A stretch of 63,259 nt of DNA, the filler included, from Rhabdomonas costata (lineage: Eukaryota): the NCBI GenBank assembly GCA_019059605.1. It is 33 parts of 33 records of this genome, joined end to end, with 100 filler letters (N's around TTAATTAATTAA, not from the genome) between each part and the next. Parts side by side here need not be neighbours in the genome. Positions count along the whole stretch, not along the records: positions 11,526 to 13,344 come from JAHMHO010008589.1; positions 13,445 to 15,265 come from JAHMHO010008590.1; positions 15,366 to 17,187 come from JAHMHO010008591.1; positions 17,288 to 19,107 come from JAHMHO010008592.1; positions 19,208 to 21,028 come from JAHMHO010008593.1; positions 21,129 to 22,949 come from JAHMHO010008594.1; positions 23,050 to 24,876 come from JAHMHO010008595.1; 26 more parts are not named here. One strand, 5' to 3'. Both the position numbers and the translations under genes were made by a program. Positions 13,004-24,027 of this stretch are shown here, piece after piece. Position 1 is the stretch's first letter. Each line of letters opens with the position of its first letter. Below the pieces are notes generated by a model, which was not told the DNA's origin, ran no database searches, and saw only the letters and a list, made by a program, of their open reading frames with translations.

Positions 13004-13140
13004 AGAGAAACGCGAGTCTTCCCCAGAAAAAAGTCGTCCCGGCCAAGTGCACAAAGTGTGTGTGTCTGTGTCTCACCACGAGTCCTCCCCAGAAAAAATT
13101 TATCCTTACCAAGTGCACCAAGTGTGTGTCTGTGTCTGTG
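13004..13140 (+). repeat. Imperfect tandem duplication of about 66 bp (intronic)
   Basis: Two copies of cgagtc(t/c)tccccagaaaaaa...ccaagtgcac(a/c)aagtgtgtgt..ctgtgtct. Confidence 0.8.
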
Positions 13141-13444
13141 AAATCTTGCGAAGGCGACTTGGTCGCAGAGAGCGGCTGAGGTCTGTGCGTAGAAGGCAAC
13201 AGTGTCTCCGGCAGCCCTCCCAGTAGTTGGTGTTACTGCGAGAATGTCTGAAAAGGGTTCCTCGCCGCCCCTTCTTCCACCTATTCCAACCAAACATGGA
13301 CCTTCCGAAATATGGCAAAAGAAGTGCCCCCCCCCCCAACCAACNNNNNNNNNNNNNNNNNNNNNNNNNNNNNNNNNNNNNNNNNNNNTTAATTAATTAA
13401 NNNNNNNNNNNNNNNNNNNNNNNNNNNNNNNNNNNNNNNNNNNN

Positions 13445-14208
13445 ATTTTTATTAATACATATTGAATATGTAAGAACTTAATTTGTTTATTTACCATATC
13501 GATATCTGTTTGTAATAAAATAGTAGTTTGTTTTGTTGTTAATAAAGAGAATAATTCAGGAATATCAATAATTAAATTAATATATAAATTCATATTTAAT
13601 AAGATTTTAGACAACTCGGACATTGTTCTATTTATTTTCAAGATTACATATGTGTAATCTGGAAATTGTTGTATTACTGAAATAATATGTCGCGAATATG
13701 TTACAATAAAATCATAACAATAAACATATTGTGAACTATCTGAATCAGATTCTAATAATTTTTTGATACCACATGTTGTAATAAATTCACGTTCCATATC
13801 ACTATTAGGTTCAATTTGACGAACCATACGAATAATTTTTTTGGGATGTGTATCATGTTTAAATACAAGACTGTAACTTCCTTTATTAAGATAATCAAAT
13901 TCTTGTTTCTGTACATCTAAAGTTATACCATAAATACCACTAAAAACAGCAGGCATTACATTTTTTAATATATCATCCATAAATTGTTTTTCACCTGATG
14001 TAAATTTACATATTGGTTTGTCACATATTGGCATACCTTTTGATGGGTTATCTATGTATGGTGTCTTTGCTGGATTATATTTCAAAATTGTAAACGTATC
14101 ACCAGATTGTGAATACTGATAATATCCGCCCAATAATGTTTTTTGTAAGTTATCATACTTTAATTTATATTTTTTATATTTTTCATAGTAAAAATTATAC
14201 ATATACAT
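13445..14208 (-). CDS. Giant-virus protein with an N-terminal YYEKYKKYKLKY..L motif and a kinase-like N-lobe (3' truncated)
   Basis: Intronless and very AT-rich. MYMYNFYYEKYKKYKLKYDNLQKTLLGG is the KYxKYKxKY leader common in Mimiviridae/Klosneuvirinae proteins. LNKGSYSLVF...KIIR...EREF resembles kinase subdomains I-III. Confidence 0.8.
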
Positions 14209-14241
14209 TATCTTTATAAATTATAAATTTATAAAAATAAT
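14207..14241. terminator. AT-rich hairpin, putative Mimivirus-type polyadenylation signal
   Basis: Perfect 10-bp stem tttataaatt/aatttataaa (14213-14222 / 14226-14235) extends to 15 pairs with one mismatch. It lies right at the stop codon of ORF 14241-14453. Confidence 0.65.
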
Positions 14242-14453
14242 TATGTATTTTTATTAGCTTGTGTCTGACTTGAACTATCAATTGTTGTTATATAATAAGT
14301 TGTTGATGTCTTACATATTGGTACAATATAATTTTCTATTGAACTTGTATCAATCATCGAATTAAAATCATTTAATTTTGTAATGTTTTCAAGTACTTGA
14401 TTTAATGCTTTATTATAATCATTATTAATGTATTTGTTTAAAACATCCGCCAT
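14241..14453 (-). CDS. Small viral hypothetical protein (70 aa)
   Basis: ATG-TAA ORF filling the space between two viral-type genes, preceded by taataATG as its neighbours are (taATG), and followed by a hairpin. Confidence 0.6.
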   Translation of the reverse strand: MADVLNKYINNDYNKALNQVLENITKLNDFNSMIDTSSIENYIVPICKTSTTYYITTIDSSSQTQANKNT

Positions 14454-14494
14454 TATTACATTATATATACATATAATTAAACATTAGGAGTATA

Positions 14495-14502
14495 AAAATT
14501 GA
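14495..14502 (+). promoter_or_regulatory. Mimiviridae early promoter AAAATTGA
   Basis: Exact octamer 56 nt upstream of the ATG at 14559, in an AT-rich divergent intergenic region. Confidence 0.8.
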
Positions 14503-14558
14503 AATATAAATATGTTCATAGTAGAACAGAAAAGATCTAAATATATTATAAATATATA

Positions 14559-15265
14559 ATGTTTAGATTACCTAAAGAGACTATAATAAAATGTTTTTTT
14601 TATTTAAATCAACAAGAAAGAATAAATATAAGAAAAGTAAATCGTCGACTACGAGATTTAAAATATTTTGTTGAAATAAAAAAAGATGTTCACGTTAATA
14701 CAAATATTTTTGAAGTATACAGACAATGTTTAACACGTTCTAAATTTTCAATTTATGTTACCATTACAGAATTAGATTGTGGAAGAAATATAATAATAAC
14801 AGATGAAGATATTAAATATTTAAAAAAATTAAAAATATTAAAATGTGGTCAAAATAATAAATTAACAAATAATGGATTACAACATTTAAAAAATGTAACA
14901 AATCTTCATCTGGGATATAATAATAAAATTACAGATGATGGAATACAACATCTTAAATTAAAAGAATTAAATATAGGTTTTAACATGCATATAAAGAATG
15001 TTGGAAAATTTAATAAATTAGAAATATTAAATTGTGGTGCAAATGTTAATGTAACAGATGAAGATACTAAATCTTTAAAATTAAAAATATTAAAATGTGA
15101 AATGAATAATAATATAACTGATCATGCTTTAAAATTACAACCATTTATAGAAGAATTAGAATGTAATGATGTAATGACAGATGATGGAGTAATACATCTG
15201 AAAAGATTAGTATATATTAAATGTAACATAAAATTAACAAAAAGATGTATTCCAAAAACAAAAAA
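14559..15265 (+). CDS. Viral F-box + leucine-rich repeat protein (3' truncated)
   Basis: N-terminal F-box-like LPKETIIKCFFYLNQQERINIRKVNRRL followed by LRRs of the form L..L.CG.N..ITD.GI.HL; intronless and AT-rich. Confidence 0.85.
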
Positions 15266-15601
15266 NNNNNNNNNNNNNNNNNNNNNNNNNNNNNNNNNNN
15301 NNNNNNNNNTTAATTAATTAANNNNNNNNNNNNNNNNNNNNNNNNNNNNNNNNNNNNNNNNNNNNGTTTTGTGCCTCTAGTCATGTTAAACATCAGAGAG
15401 AGTCCACACAATCCGACTCAGCCACATGATCAGATGAAGTCGAGTCGAGATCGGGATTCCGCCTAAGAGCAGGACGGACGCATTCAAAAAGAGCAGCAGC
15501 AATTACAGCTCCAACGCTGCGAACGAAAAGGGACAGATGGAAGGAGCCTCTCCTAGTTCAGGGGGCCCAGACAAGCTCTGCTGTTGTGCATGGCGTCGCA
15601 G

Positions 15602-16685
15602 GGGTATCGAAATGACGTGAAGCGCAAGCTGCTGCAGCTGGCGGACCGTCTTCAGGCCCTGAAGCAGCAAAACATGTGTGAACACTTGTGCTTTTGCGAG
15701 TGTTCGGGGTGCACTTTCTGTTCTTAACGTGGGGGCTCCGCACCAGTGCCCTCGGCGACCGCGTCTCAAAACAGTGATGTGAGGATAGCTGTCCCTGCTG
15801 CAGTGGTGAATCCCTCCCCCTCCCCCGCAACACAGCACGTGCTATCTGAAGCGGGTCTTTGACCACGACTGGATTGTCATGAAGACGTGAAACGGTCTCT
15901 TTCTTTAATGTGTTGCAGCTCCCCGAGTTTCTTGGGAATGTTGTCCGGCGCAATTAAGTCTGTTATTTTTTTTTCAGAAGTTGTAAATCGCAGCCTTCCT
16001 GCATCGCATGTCTCGGCCTCTGTCTTCAGTGATGCTGCCGACATGGAGAAGTTGCAGCCCGAGGACTTCATCCTGGAGTCGCAGAAGCAGGAGATGAAGG
16101 TCCTCGGTGACAAGATGGTCGAGGAGCTGCGGGAGGACCTCAAGTGTGTGAGAGTGTGTCCGTGAGAGTGTGTCCCAGTGGTGGTGGTGGACAGAGGGAC
16201 CATCAGTGTTCAAGCAATATGTGCAACTGAAGTGGAAGGGTCAGCATGGCACGGTGGCACAATGAAAGAGACACCCAACCATAAACTCATGGAAATCTGT
16301 AAGCGGGCCAGGGCTTCCGAGGTCCCGCATACATCATGTGTTGTGAGGTGGCAACCCTGAGTGAAAGAACAAAAGCCATGACACGGCTAGATGCGAAGTG
16401 GACAACGTTCATCCCTTTGCTCTCATTTCCCATATATTGCTCTGCTCACTTAGAATATGTGTGGTTTACCATGATATTTTCGAATCTTGAATCTGAGGGT
16501 CTTGCCCATATGTGTGTGTGGGTGCCTGAGGGAGCGTGTTATGGGCGTTCGACTTTATAAGGTTGGGCTTTTGCGTCATAAGCTGGGAATGCTTTTTTTT
16601 CATTGTGCCCCCTCTCACCTGCCCACTCACTCCGTCGAACAGATGGAAGAACATTGCCCGGGACTATCTCGCGGACAAGCTCAAG
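15602..16685 (+). CDS. CFAP43: CFAP43/WDR96-like flagellar protein, internal exons 15602-15675, 16030-16143, 16643-16685
   Basis: Phase-consistent GT-AG joins give ...LQALKQQNIDAADMEKLQPEDFILESQKQEMKVLGDKMVEELREDLKWKNIARDYLADKLK, which resembles the CFAP43 coiled-coil region (recalled, not searched). Confidence 0.75.
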
Positions 16686-16784
16686 GTTGCCGCTTGAGTT
16701 GCACTTTTGCACGGCAGTGTACCTTCATTCGTTTGTTAGGTGGCTGGTTCTGCTCGTTGGAACATTGTGGCATTTAGCAAAAAC

Positions 16785-16955
16785 CTTCCGCCGCTTCCAC
16801 TCCGCCAGCTCCACCCGGCGCAGGAACTTCACGCGGCGGGCCAGCCGGGCGTCCTTCTTCTCCTTCTGCCGCAGGCCGTAGTTGGGCACTTCCGCGTCGC
16901 TCTGCAGCCCGTGCAGGGTGACCATCTTGACTTGCATCACGTCGTAGCACTCCTT
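16785..16955 (-). CDS. CFAP43: Next CFAP43 exon, present in inverted orientation
   Basis: ttgcag|KECYDVMQVKMVTLHGLQSDAEVPNYGLRQ...VELAEWKRRK|gttttt is phase 0 and continues the + strand exons (cf. ECW.SM.VK...V.N+P+). Confidence 0.75.
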
Positions 16956-17290
16956 CTGCAAAACAGGAAGGGCAGGTGTTAAAACAACCGGGGCACATCT
17001 TCTGGACCTCCCTGATAGCTGATTCCCGGATGAGCCCGATAAAATGTGCAGAAACCTGGGCCAAACTACTGGGGCGCATTATCATGCGGGTGCGTGAACC
17101 CATCACCCACTAAAAAACGTTCATTTTGCACAATGCCACAATGTTCCAACGAGCAGAACCAGCCACCTAACAAACGAATGAAGGTACNNNNNNNNNNNNN
17201 NNNNNNNNNNNNNNNNNNNNNNNNNNNNNNNTTAATTAATTAANNNNNNNNNNNNNNNNNNNNNNNNNNNNNNNNNNNNNNNNNNNNTTT

Positions 17291-19107
17291 TTGAGGGGTC
17301 CAATGGGGTCGGGTCTGCTCGCGAGCTTCCACGGGTTTGTTCTCAGGAGTCAGCGTGCGCCCCGCTCGCTATGTGTCGCTCTTTTGCGGCATTATCACGA
17401 TTCCAAAATGCTGAATCACGCGCTGCAGACCTTTAATCGAATGAGGCAGCTCTGCTATTCGGTTCCTGAAGATATCTGTGGTCTTCTGGCATGGGAGTGT
17501 GTGCGGTACCGCCAAGTTGACGGAGCCACGCTTTGCCTTCAAGAGCTGGAAAATCCTGATTCAGCTGAGAATGCAAAGCTCTGCAATGCTGTTTTTGCCC
17601 TTTTGGGCTCCACAAAGCAATGGGAGCATGCTTTAGCTCTCTGCAGCTTACTACGGGATCGGGGGTTGGTGCTCTCCGTTCAGTTCTACACCAGCGTTAT
17701 CACCGTCTTAGGCAAGGCTGGCCAGCCCCAACTCATCGAAACGGTGCTGCAGGAAATGACCGAAGTTGGAGTGAATCCCACCTCGGTGACCTTGTCCGCG
17801 GTAATGGACGCCTTCTGCAGGAATGGGCGGATCAACCATGCTCTCCAAGTTCTTCGCACGATGCGCGAAGCTTCTCTGGACCTGAACATCAAAGTCTACT
17901 CTTCGCTTTTGGAAGCGCTTGCAAAGGCCCAAGAGTTTACTAAGCTCGCTCAGGTCTACCACCAAATGCTCGAATCTGACATTCTCCCTGACTCGGCGAT
18001 TCTGCAAACTCTCGTCCTTCTTGTTTCAAAGGCTTCTGACCAAGAAGAGCTGATGGTTAATCTTCTTCGTTCTGCTCAGCGTCACGGAATAACTCTTGAT
18101 CCCTTGGCACTGAAAACAATTACGGAACGAGTTAAAGCGACCCATCCTAACTTTGCTGAAGTCCTTAAGAAACAGATCCCGCCCGCTTTGCCTGGTCCAG
18201 GCAGCAGGCCGATAACCGATGAGTGTACAGCCCGGGATATGATCAGAGCAGCTTCTTCAGGAAATGCGGACCTCGCACTGCAGATTTATCGGAGTCTTAG
18301 GGCCCATGGGCACCCAATTACTTCTTTCAACTTTAATTCCTTGGCCATGATCCTGGCGCCAAGGCTGTCGACCGCGTGGGGGTTGGCGGCGATGGACGAG
18401 CTGCTGCGTGACGTGAGGGATGGCATCGCTCCCGTGGACAGCGCCACCGTCCCGATTTTAGTGAACGGGTTGGCCAAAGCAAACCAGACATCCCGAGCCT
18501 GGGCAGCTTTTTGCGCAATACGTGCTCGCGTTCCCCGTTTGGACCGACAGGCCTTTCATTGTGCGCTGAGCTGCTTTGCTCTTGCACGGAACTCCGAGCG
18601 CGTGGAGCAAGTCTTGGCAATGATGGCGGAATCCCCGGGACCGGATTTATCGACATACGCTCTGCTGATCGCCCAGTACTCAACAATAGGGCTTTGGCAA
18701 GAAGCAATGCTGAGTTTTTTCAGGCTTAAAGAACATGCCGTGGCCAGCGAAGGTTGGCACTTATTTCTTCTCTCTCGGGGGTCTGAGGTGTATGCTTCGT
18801 TAATTGGAGCTTTGCGAAATAGCCATCAGATGGAATGGGCAAGCCGGCTCTTGGACGAGATGATCAGGTCGGGGCTAACACCGGAGCCGTGGGTGTACCA
18901 GAACCTCATTCGCTCGGCCTGTGATGATGGGCAATTAAATATTGCGCTTGCTGTGCTTCGACAGCTGGAGGTAATTGGTCTTCCCGTCAAGGACCAGGTT
19001 TACGTACATCTTCTTTTGGCTCTGAATTCCGCGAAAAGCAAAGAGGGCATTCAGAGCCAAAAGAAGATGTACGTAAACCTGGTCCTTGACGGGAAGACCA
19101 ACCACCG
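17291..19107 (+). CDS. Pentatricopeptide repeat (PPR) protein, intronless over 1.8 kb, 3' truncated
   Basis: About 600 open codons with repeated 35-aa motifs, e.g. FYTSVITVLGKAGQPQLIETVLQEMTEVGVNPTSV and VYASLIGALRNSHQMEWASRLLDEMIRSGLTPEPW. Confidence 0.93.
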
Positions 19108-19277
19108 NNNNNNNNNNNNNNNNNNNNNNNNNNNNNNNNNNNNNNNNNNNNTTAATTAATTAANNNNNNNNNNNNNNNNNNNNNNNNNNNNNNNNNNNNN
19201 NNNNNNNGGGGGTGGGGTAAGGGTAAGGTGTTGTGGCTGTGTCGGTGTCCGTGTCAGTGGTTGGTGGCGTTGCTGGT

Positions 19278-19620
19278 GTCGTAGTCGTAGTCGTAGTCGT
19301 AGTCGTAGTCGTAGTCGTAGTCGTAGTCGTAGGGTATTCGCGTATCAGTTTCAACAACCATGCTCTCAACAACCATGCTCTCAACAACCATGCTCTCATG
19401 CTTCGTAACCATGCTCTCTGTAACCATGCTCCATCTGTTCCTGTCTCCGTAGTGTTGGTTTAGCGCGCTGTGTGTTCCTGGCTGTTTGGTTGATGCCTCT
19501 CAGTCTCATGGTGTCACGGTCTCATGGTCTCAAGGTCTCATGGTGTCAGGGTTTCAGTCTCCGTCTCAGTCTCTCCAACCATGCCGTATCCGTCAACCAT
19601 GCTCTCAGCCTCCGTCTCAT
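19278..19620 (+). repeat. Compound satellite: (GTCGTA)n, 15-mer CAACAACCATGCTCT x3 plus degenerate copies, GTCTCATGGT copies
   Basis: Arrays visible at 19278-19331, 19352-19396 and about 19500-19545. Confidence 0.9.
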
Positions 19621-21206
19621 TGTCTTTCTGTTCATGTCTGTTGTGTCATGTCCTCTGTTAGCGTATGGTGTATGGTGTATGGTGGTGTCATGGTAGTCGT
19701 AGGGTTAGTGCTGCTGTTGTTGTGTCGTAGGGTCGTGTTGGTAGGGTCTTAGGGTTAGCGCTTGTTGTTTTCTTGCTGTCATGGTGTTACGGTCTGTGTT
19801 AGTGCTTGGGGTGTGTCGATGCTGTTGGGTTGAGGGGCTGATGTTGGGATGTTGGGTTCGTGTGCTGTTGATGGGTTTGTGGGGTTCGTGGTGTTAGCGG
19901 TGTTGACATGGCTTGGTGGAGTGCATTCTGTGTGTGTTCTTGGCGCTTCTGTTGTGGTAGGTTGGATGTTGTTGGTGAGTTGGGCGTAGTGGTAAGGGTA
20001 TCAGCATGACTATGAGTGAAGAATGCAGTAACTCAGCATGACTGTATGGGAGAAAGATGCCTTTAGAGAGAAAGTAACCCCCCTACTCCGCTACGCTCCG
20101 TTCCTTCCTCCTACTCTACTACGCATGGCTCGCTGACTCAAGGGGTGTAAGATGACTAAGGGTGTTTCTGTCTTCTACCTGCGGTGCCGATGCCTTCTAC
20201 GCATGGCTCCCTCGCTACGCTCAGACCCATGCTTCGATGCCTAAACCCAACCCTAAGCGTAGTCTCTCTTGGTGGTTCCCTGTGGCTTCGCCAGGACGGA
20301 TCTCCGGATCTCCACGTACGCACCTTATGGTGGAAGAGTGGAGAGGAGTTACAGGTGGGGTTAACGTAAGGATGACCGAACGTAGCGCCTTATGGCGTGG
20401 AGTGAGGGATGGAGTTGGAGGAGTGACTCGAGAGGACGTGAGAGTCACGACGACTGGATGCTGGTCGTCGATGCTGCGCATCTCCTCCTTCTATGCTGGT
20501 CTCATCTCCCTCTGGTCGATGGTCCCTAAGAATGGTGGTTCCTTCGCTCCACCGCTTCACGGCTACGCTCAGTCACGAACCCCAAGGGTATTCTGCATGG
20601 CTACGCCCGGACGGAGCACACTGTAAGCGTCTTATGACGGTGGAAGGGTGCGTAGTGACAAGTGTGGTTGAGAGAGGAGGCACGAATTGATGTGAGGACC
20701 ATCACCTCGGATGAAAAAAATCAAAAAATAAACATTAAATTGAATTATAATGGTCCAACTAAAAACACGCAGACACAGGGTACATTGTACATGGTACAAG
20801 GTACAAGGTAATACTAAACAAAAGACAAAATATGTACAAAACAAGAGACAAGATATGGACGGCATACCACAATCACTGCTTCTCCAAAGACTTGCTTCAA
20901 TAAGAAACAGTCCTCAAAAAAGAGATCAAAACTTACGTGCCACCATTTCACAGTGCTTATTGGATCAAACGTGTCGATCAGGAGCATGGGGATTCCAAAA
21001 AAGACGAAGATGGTTCACCCAACAAACCNNNNNNNNNNNNNNNNNNNNNNNNNNNNNNNNNNNNNNNNNNNNTTAATTAATTAANNNNNNNNNNNNNNNN
21101 NNNNNNNNNNNNNNNNNNNNNNNNNNNNCCTGGTCCGTTAGCACGCGGTAGCCCTGTTCACATATCTGCACGCTGTCTGTGTGTGTGTGCGTGTATGTGT
21201 GCGAAG

Positions 21207-22949
21207 GTTCTGACCGTTGTGGAGTCCGTGCTGCAGCAGAAGCTGCGGCCAGAAGGCGAACTGCATAGCCCTTTGCACTACCTGGACCCGGAGTACGGGC
21301 GTCAGCTGCAGTCCCTGATCGACCGCGAGCGCGAGATGCTCGCCGCGCTGGGGTTCATCCTGCACGTCGAGCACCCGCAGAGGTGTGCGATAGTGCGGGA
21401 TAACCCATAGGGCTGCATACGAGGAAACGAACATGTTTACTTTTTGTCCTTGTGACTTATTTGATTGATTATGTGGGTGGCTGGAATCGAAAGACCTGGG
21501 TTCGGTTTTGGCCTCAAGGAGGATAAGTGCAAGGCAACTGTCCATCGTCCAATGGTCCGCGACACAGAAAAGCACGAAACAGCCACGAAACCCTCTCTGC
21601 AAGGCCTGTGACGTGTTATTTTCGAGGAGGCCGCACGATAATGGGCATTAATGCAAATAAACCACAAAAAGGTTTCTGCTGACCTTTGCGAAGCTGCTTC
21701 AGCTGGAGCCTGAGGTGACTCAGTGCGCGTGGAACTTCCTGCTGGACAGCCTTAGGCTGCCCGTGCACATGTTCTACACCGGCAATGTCGTGGCCACGGC
21801 CTGCCTGTACCTGGCCTTCCGCAAGCTAGGGCAGGTCTGCAATAGCGGTGGGGGTGGGGTGACGGAGTTTTCCAGCAGGTCACTCTGAAACGCAGTTGTT
21901 GACTGCAGCGAAGGTATACGTTCTTTTTCCTTCATATGGATAAATGAATAGGATTTTCGAAGCGAAGTCTTTTTGGCCTGTAATTATGCCGCTGGGATTG
22001 GTAGCATATGCTGTCATTCGCGAATACGCAAGGTTTGTAAACTCTCTCGATTTACGGTGTTGCCTACTATGCGGTAGTTCATAACGAGTTTGCAGTATGC
22101 GACCCCTCACATGATTTGAACATGGACCCGTGAAATTTGAACAGAAAGCAAAGAACAGGGAGGTTGATACGCCTCTGCTGGGCTTTGAACCGTTTTTTGC
22201 TGCACTGCGAACCATCGTGGAAAAACAAAGCTGTGTGTATAGTTGTGCCTATTTATGCAAAAGTGCCGCTGGGTCCGAAATGCAAGCCTAGTTACACCCC
22301 TAAATCGAGAACTGAGTCTGTGAAGTTTCGAACCGAAGTCTCTTTGGCCTGTATGTCGCTGGGCTTGGGTAGCACATGCGGTCTAGCCTGCCATATAATA
22401 ATGTTATTCGGGAAAACTTTTGGTTGCCCCAGATATCTCGATTATCTTGCTGTTGCATGTGGATTCCTTTGTTTGCGTTGTCGTCTCCCTTTGTCTGTCG
22501 TTTCCCCAAGGCCCTGTTGTTCGTGATAATCACATCCTGGAGATTTGCTGTTGCGGTGTTAGTTTCTCCATTGGCAGCCTGCTGTCTGTTGGTATTCCTA
22601 AGATGCATTATTTAGCCGCCGCAGAACGGCACGAGACACTTTCCCGGTAGCCGAGGTATGGTCCTTCCCTTGCCTTTCAGGAGATGCCCAAGTGCAGCCC
22701 GCCGTGGTACACCCTCTTCGACACCACCCCGGAGGCCCTGGTTGCAGTGTCGCGGCAGATCCTGCAGCTCTACCATGGGGAAGTCCGCTCGGAGTACTCT
22801 CCCATCACCCCCGGTCCCGGGCACAAGAAGCGCGCCAAGGGCGCGGCACCCCCGGAGGCCGCCGCCAGCGCTGCGGACCCACAGCCCACGGTAGCTCCAC
22901 CCGAAGAAGCCCCGAAAGTGGGCGGCCAGCCTGCCCCCACAGAGAGTGG
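21207..22949 (+). CDS. Cyclin L-like protein (exons 21207-21382, 21672-21834, 22681->22949)
   Basis: In-phase joins give EREMLAALGFILHVEHPQRFLLTF...AWNFLLDSLR...ATACLYLAFRKLGQEMPKCSPPWYTLFD, the cyclin L/K cyclin-box motifs. Confidence 0.88.
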
Positions 22950-23942
22950 NNNNNNNNNNNNNNNNNNNNNNNNNNNNNNNNNNNNNNNNNNNNTTAATTA
23001 ATTAANNNNNNNNNNNNNNNNNNNNNNNNNNNNNNNNNNNNNNNNNNNNGTTGGGGTGGAGACGGGATTGGGCTTACGATTCCCGAAACCTGATCATTCT
23101 CGTCAGTTTTGCAAGCAAGAAAACGCGGCGATTCGTGCGCAACCCTCCCCCTCCTCCCACCCGACCCCAAGCAAACGCCAAAAAGTTGGAGACGGACGAT
23201 CCAGGCGTTGCTCGGTGGAAATCAGCGATAACAGAGGAGGTTCCGTGCCCATCGGGAGGTGGGCGGAAAACGTTTCTCTACAAGGAGCGGGCAACCCGCT
23301 GCACAACAATACAGAAGGAAAAACTGTGCTGGATGCTTTTCTTCTTTACACCGTGGGAAAGATGAGAGGAGGGCTGGTTGAGTACGAAGGTATTTACAAT
23401 GAGGGAGTACAGGGAATCTACGGAGAACCCGCGACCCAGTCCAGAGTCAGGATGTTGGGATTGGTCAGGGGTGTTGATAATGATTCGGAAAGTAGTTGAG
23501 TTAGGTACAAAAAAAGGGTCCAGTCCTCGGCATATTCCCATTGTCATGGAGACCTAACTGACGGCCGTCAATGCTGGTAATAAGCCGTTGGTTCACACTG
23601 AATTGCATTGTTTTAGTGCGCCTTTTTCTTTTTTATCCGATTGAGGTTTTTATATATTCCATTCGGAAAGTATGGGGTAGAACTAACAATTTGGGACAAA
23701 TAATATGCATTGTATATGTTACAGAAGACACACTTACACTGAGTGTGTGAAAGCACAACAACACAACTGGCGAAAAAGTGGAGGCCAAAATTATATACTT
23801 TGACCAATTGAACCAGTAGGGTCACACCCACAAGAACGGACGCCGGCGATCCATTCTACAATCATATATCATACTTTCGAACTTTTTACGCTGTTATCAC
23901 ATTTGCCATTTTTATGACCGTGAAATTTAGACTGAACTTCCA

Positions 23943-24027
23943 ACCCGCGAGCCCAACTACTCCGTGGCGCCAGAAAGGGTCCAGCCCCTGTAAACCCTGG
24001 TGCCACGGAGTAGTTGGGCTCGCGGGT
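23943..24027. repeat. 31-bp inverted repeat with a 23-nt loop
   Basis: Arms 23943-23973 and 23997-24027 are reverse complements except for one G-T pair. Confidence 0.92.

Noticed and set aside
13344-15366. Integration of the viral segment into the flanking host genes
   Set aside because: The neighbours are separate contigs and no host-virus junction is present.
15602-16955. Nested antisense genes or exon scrambling
   Set aside because: All exons belong to one protein, and the terminal 56-bp inverted copy with microhomology fits an amplification fold-back.
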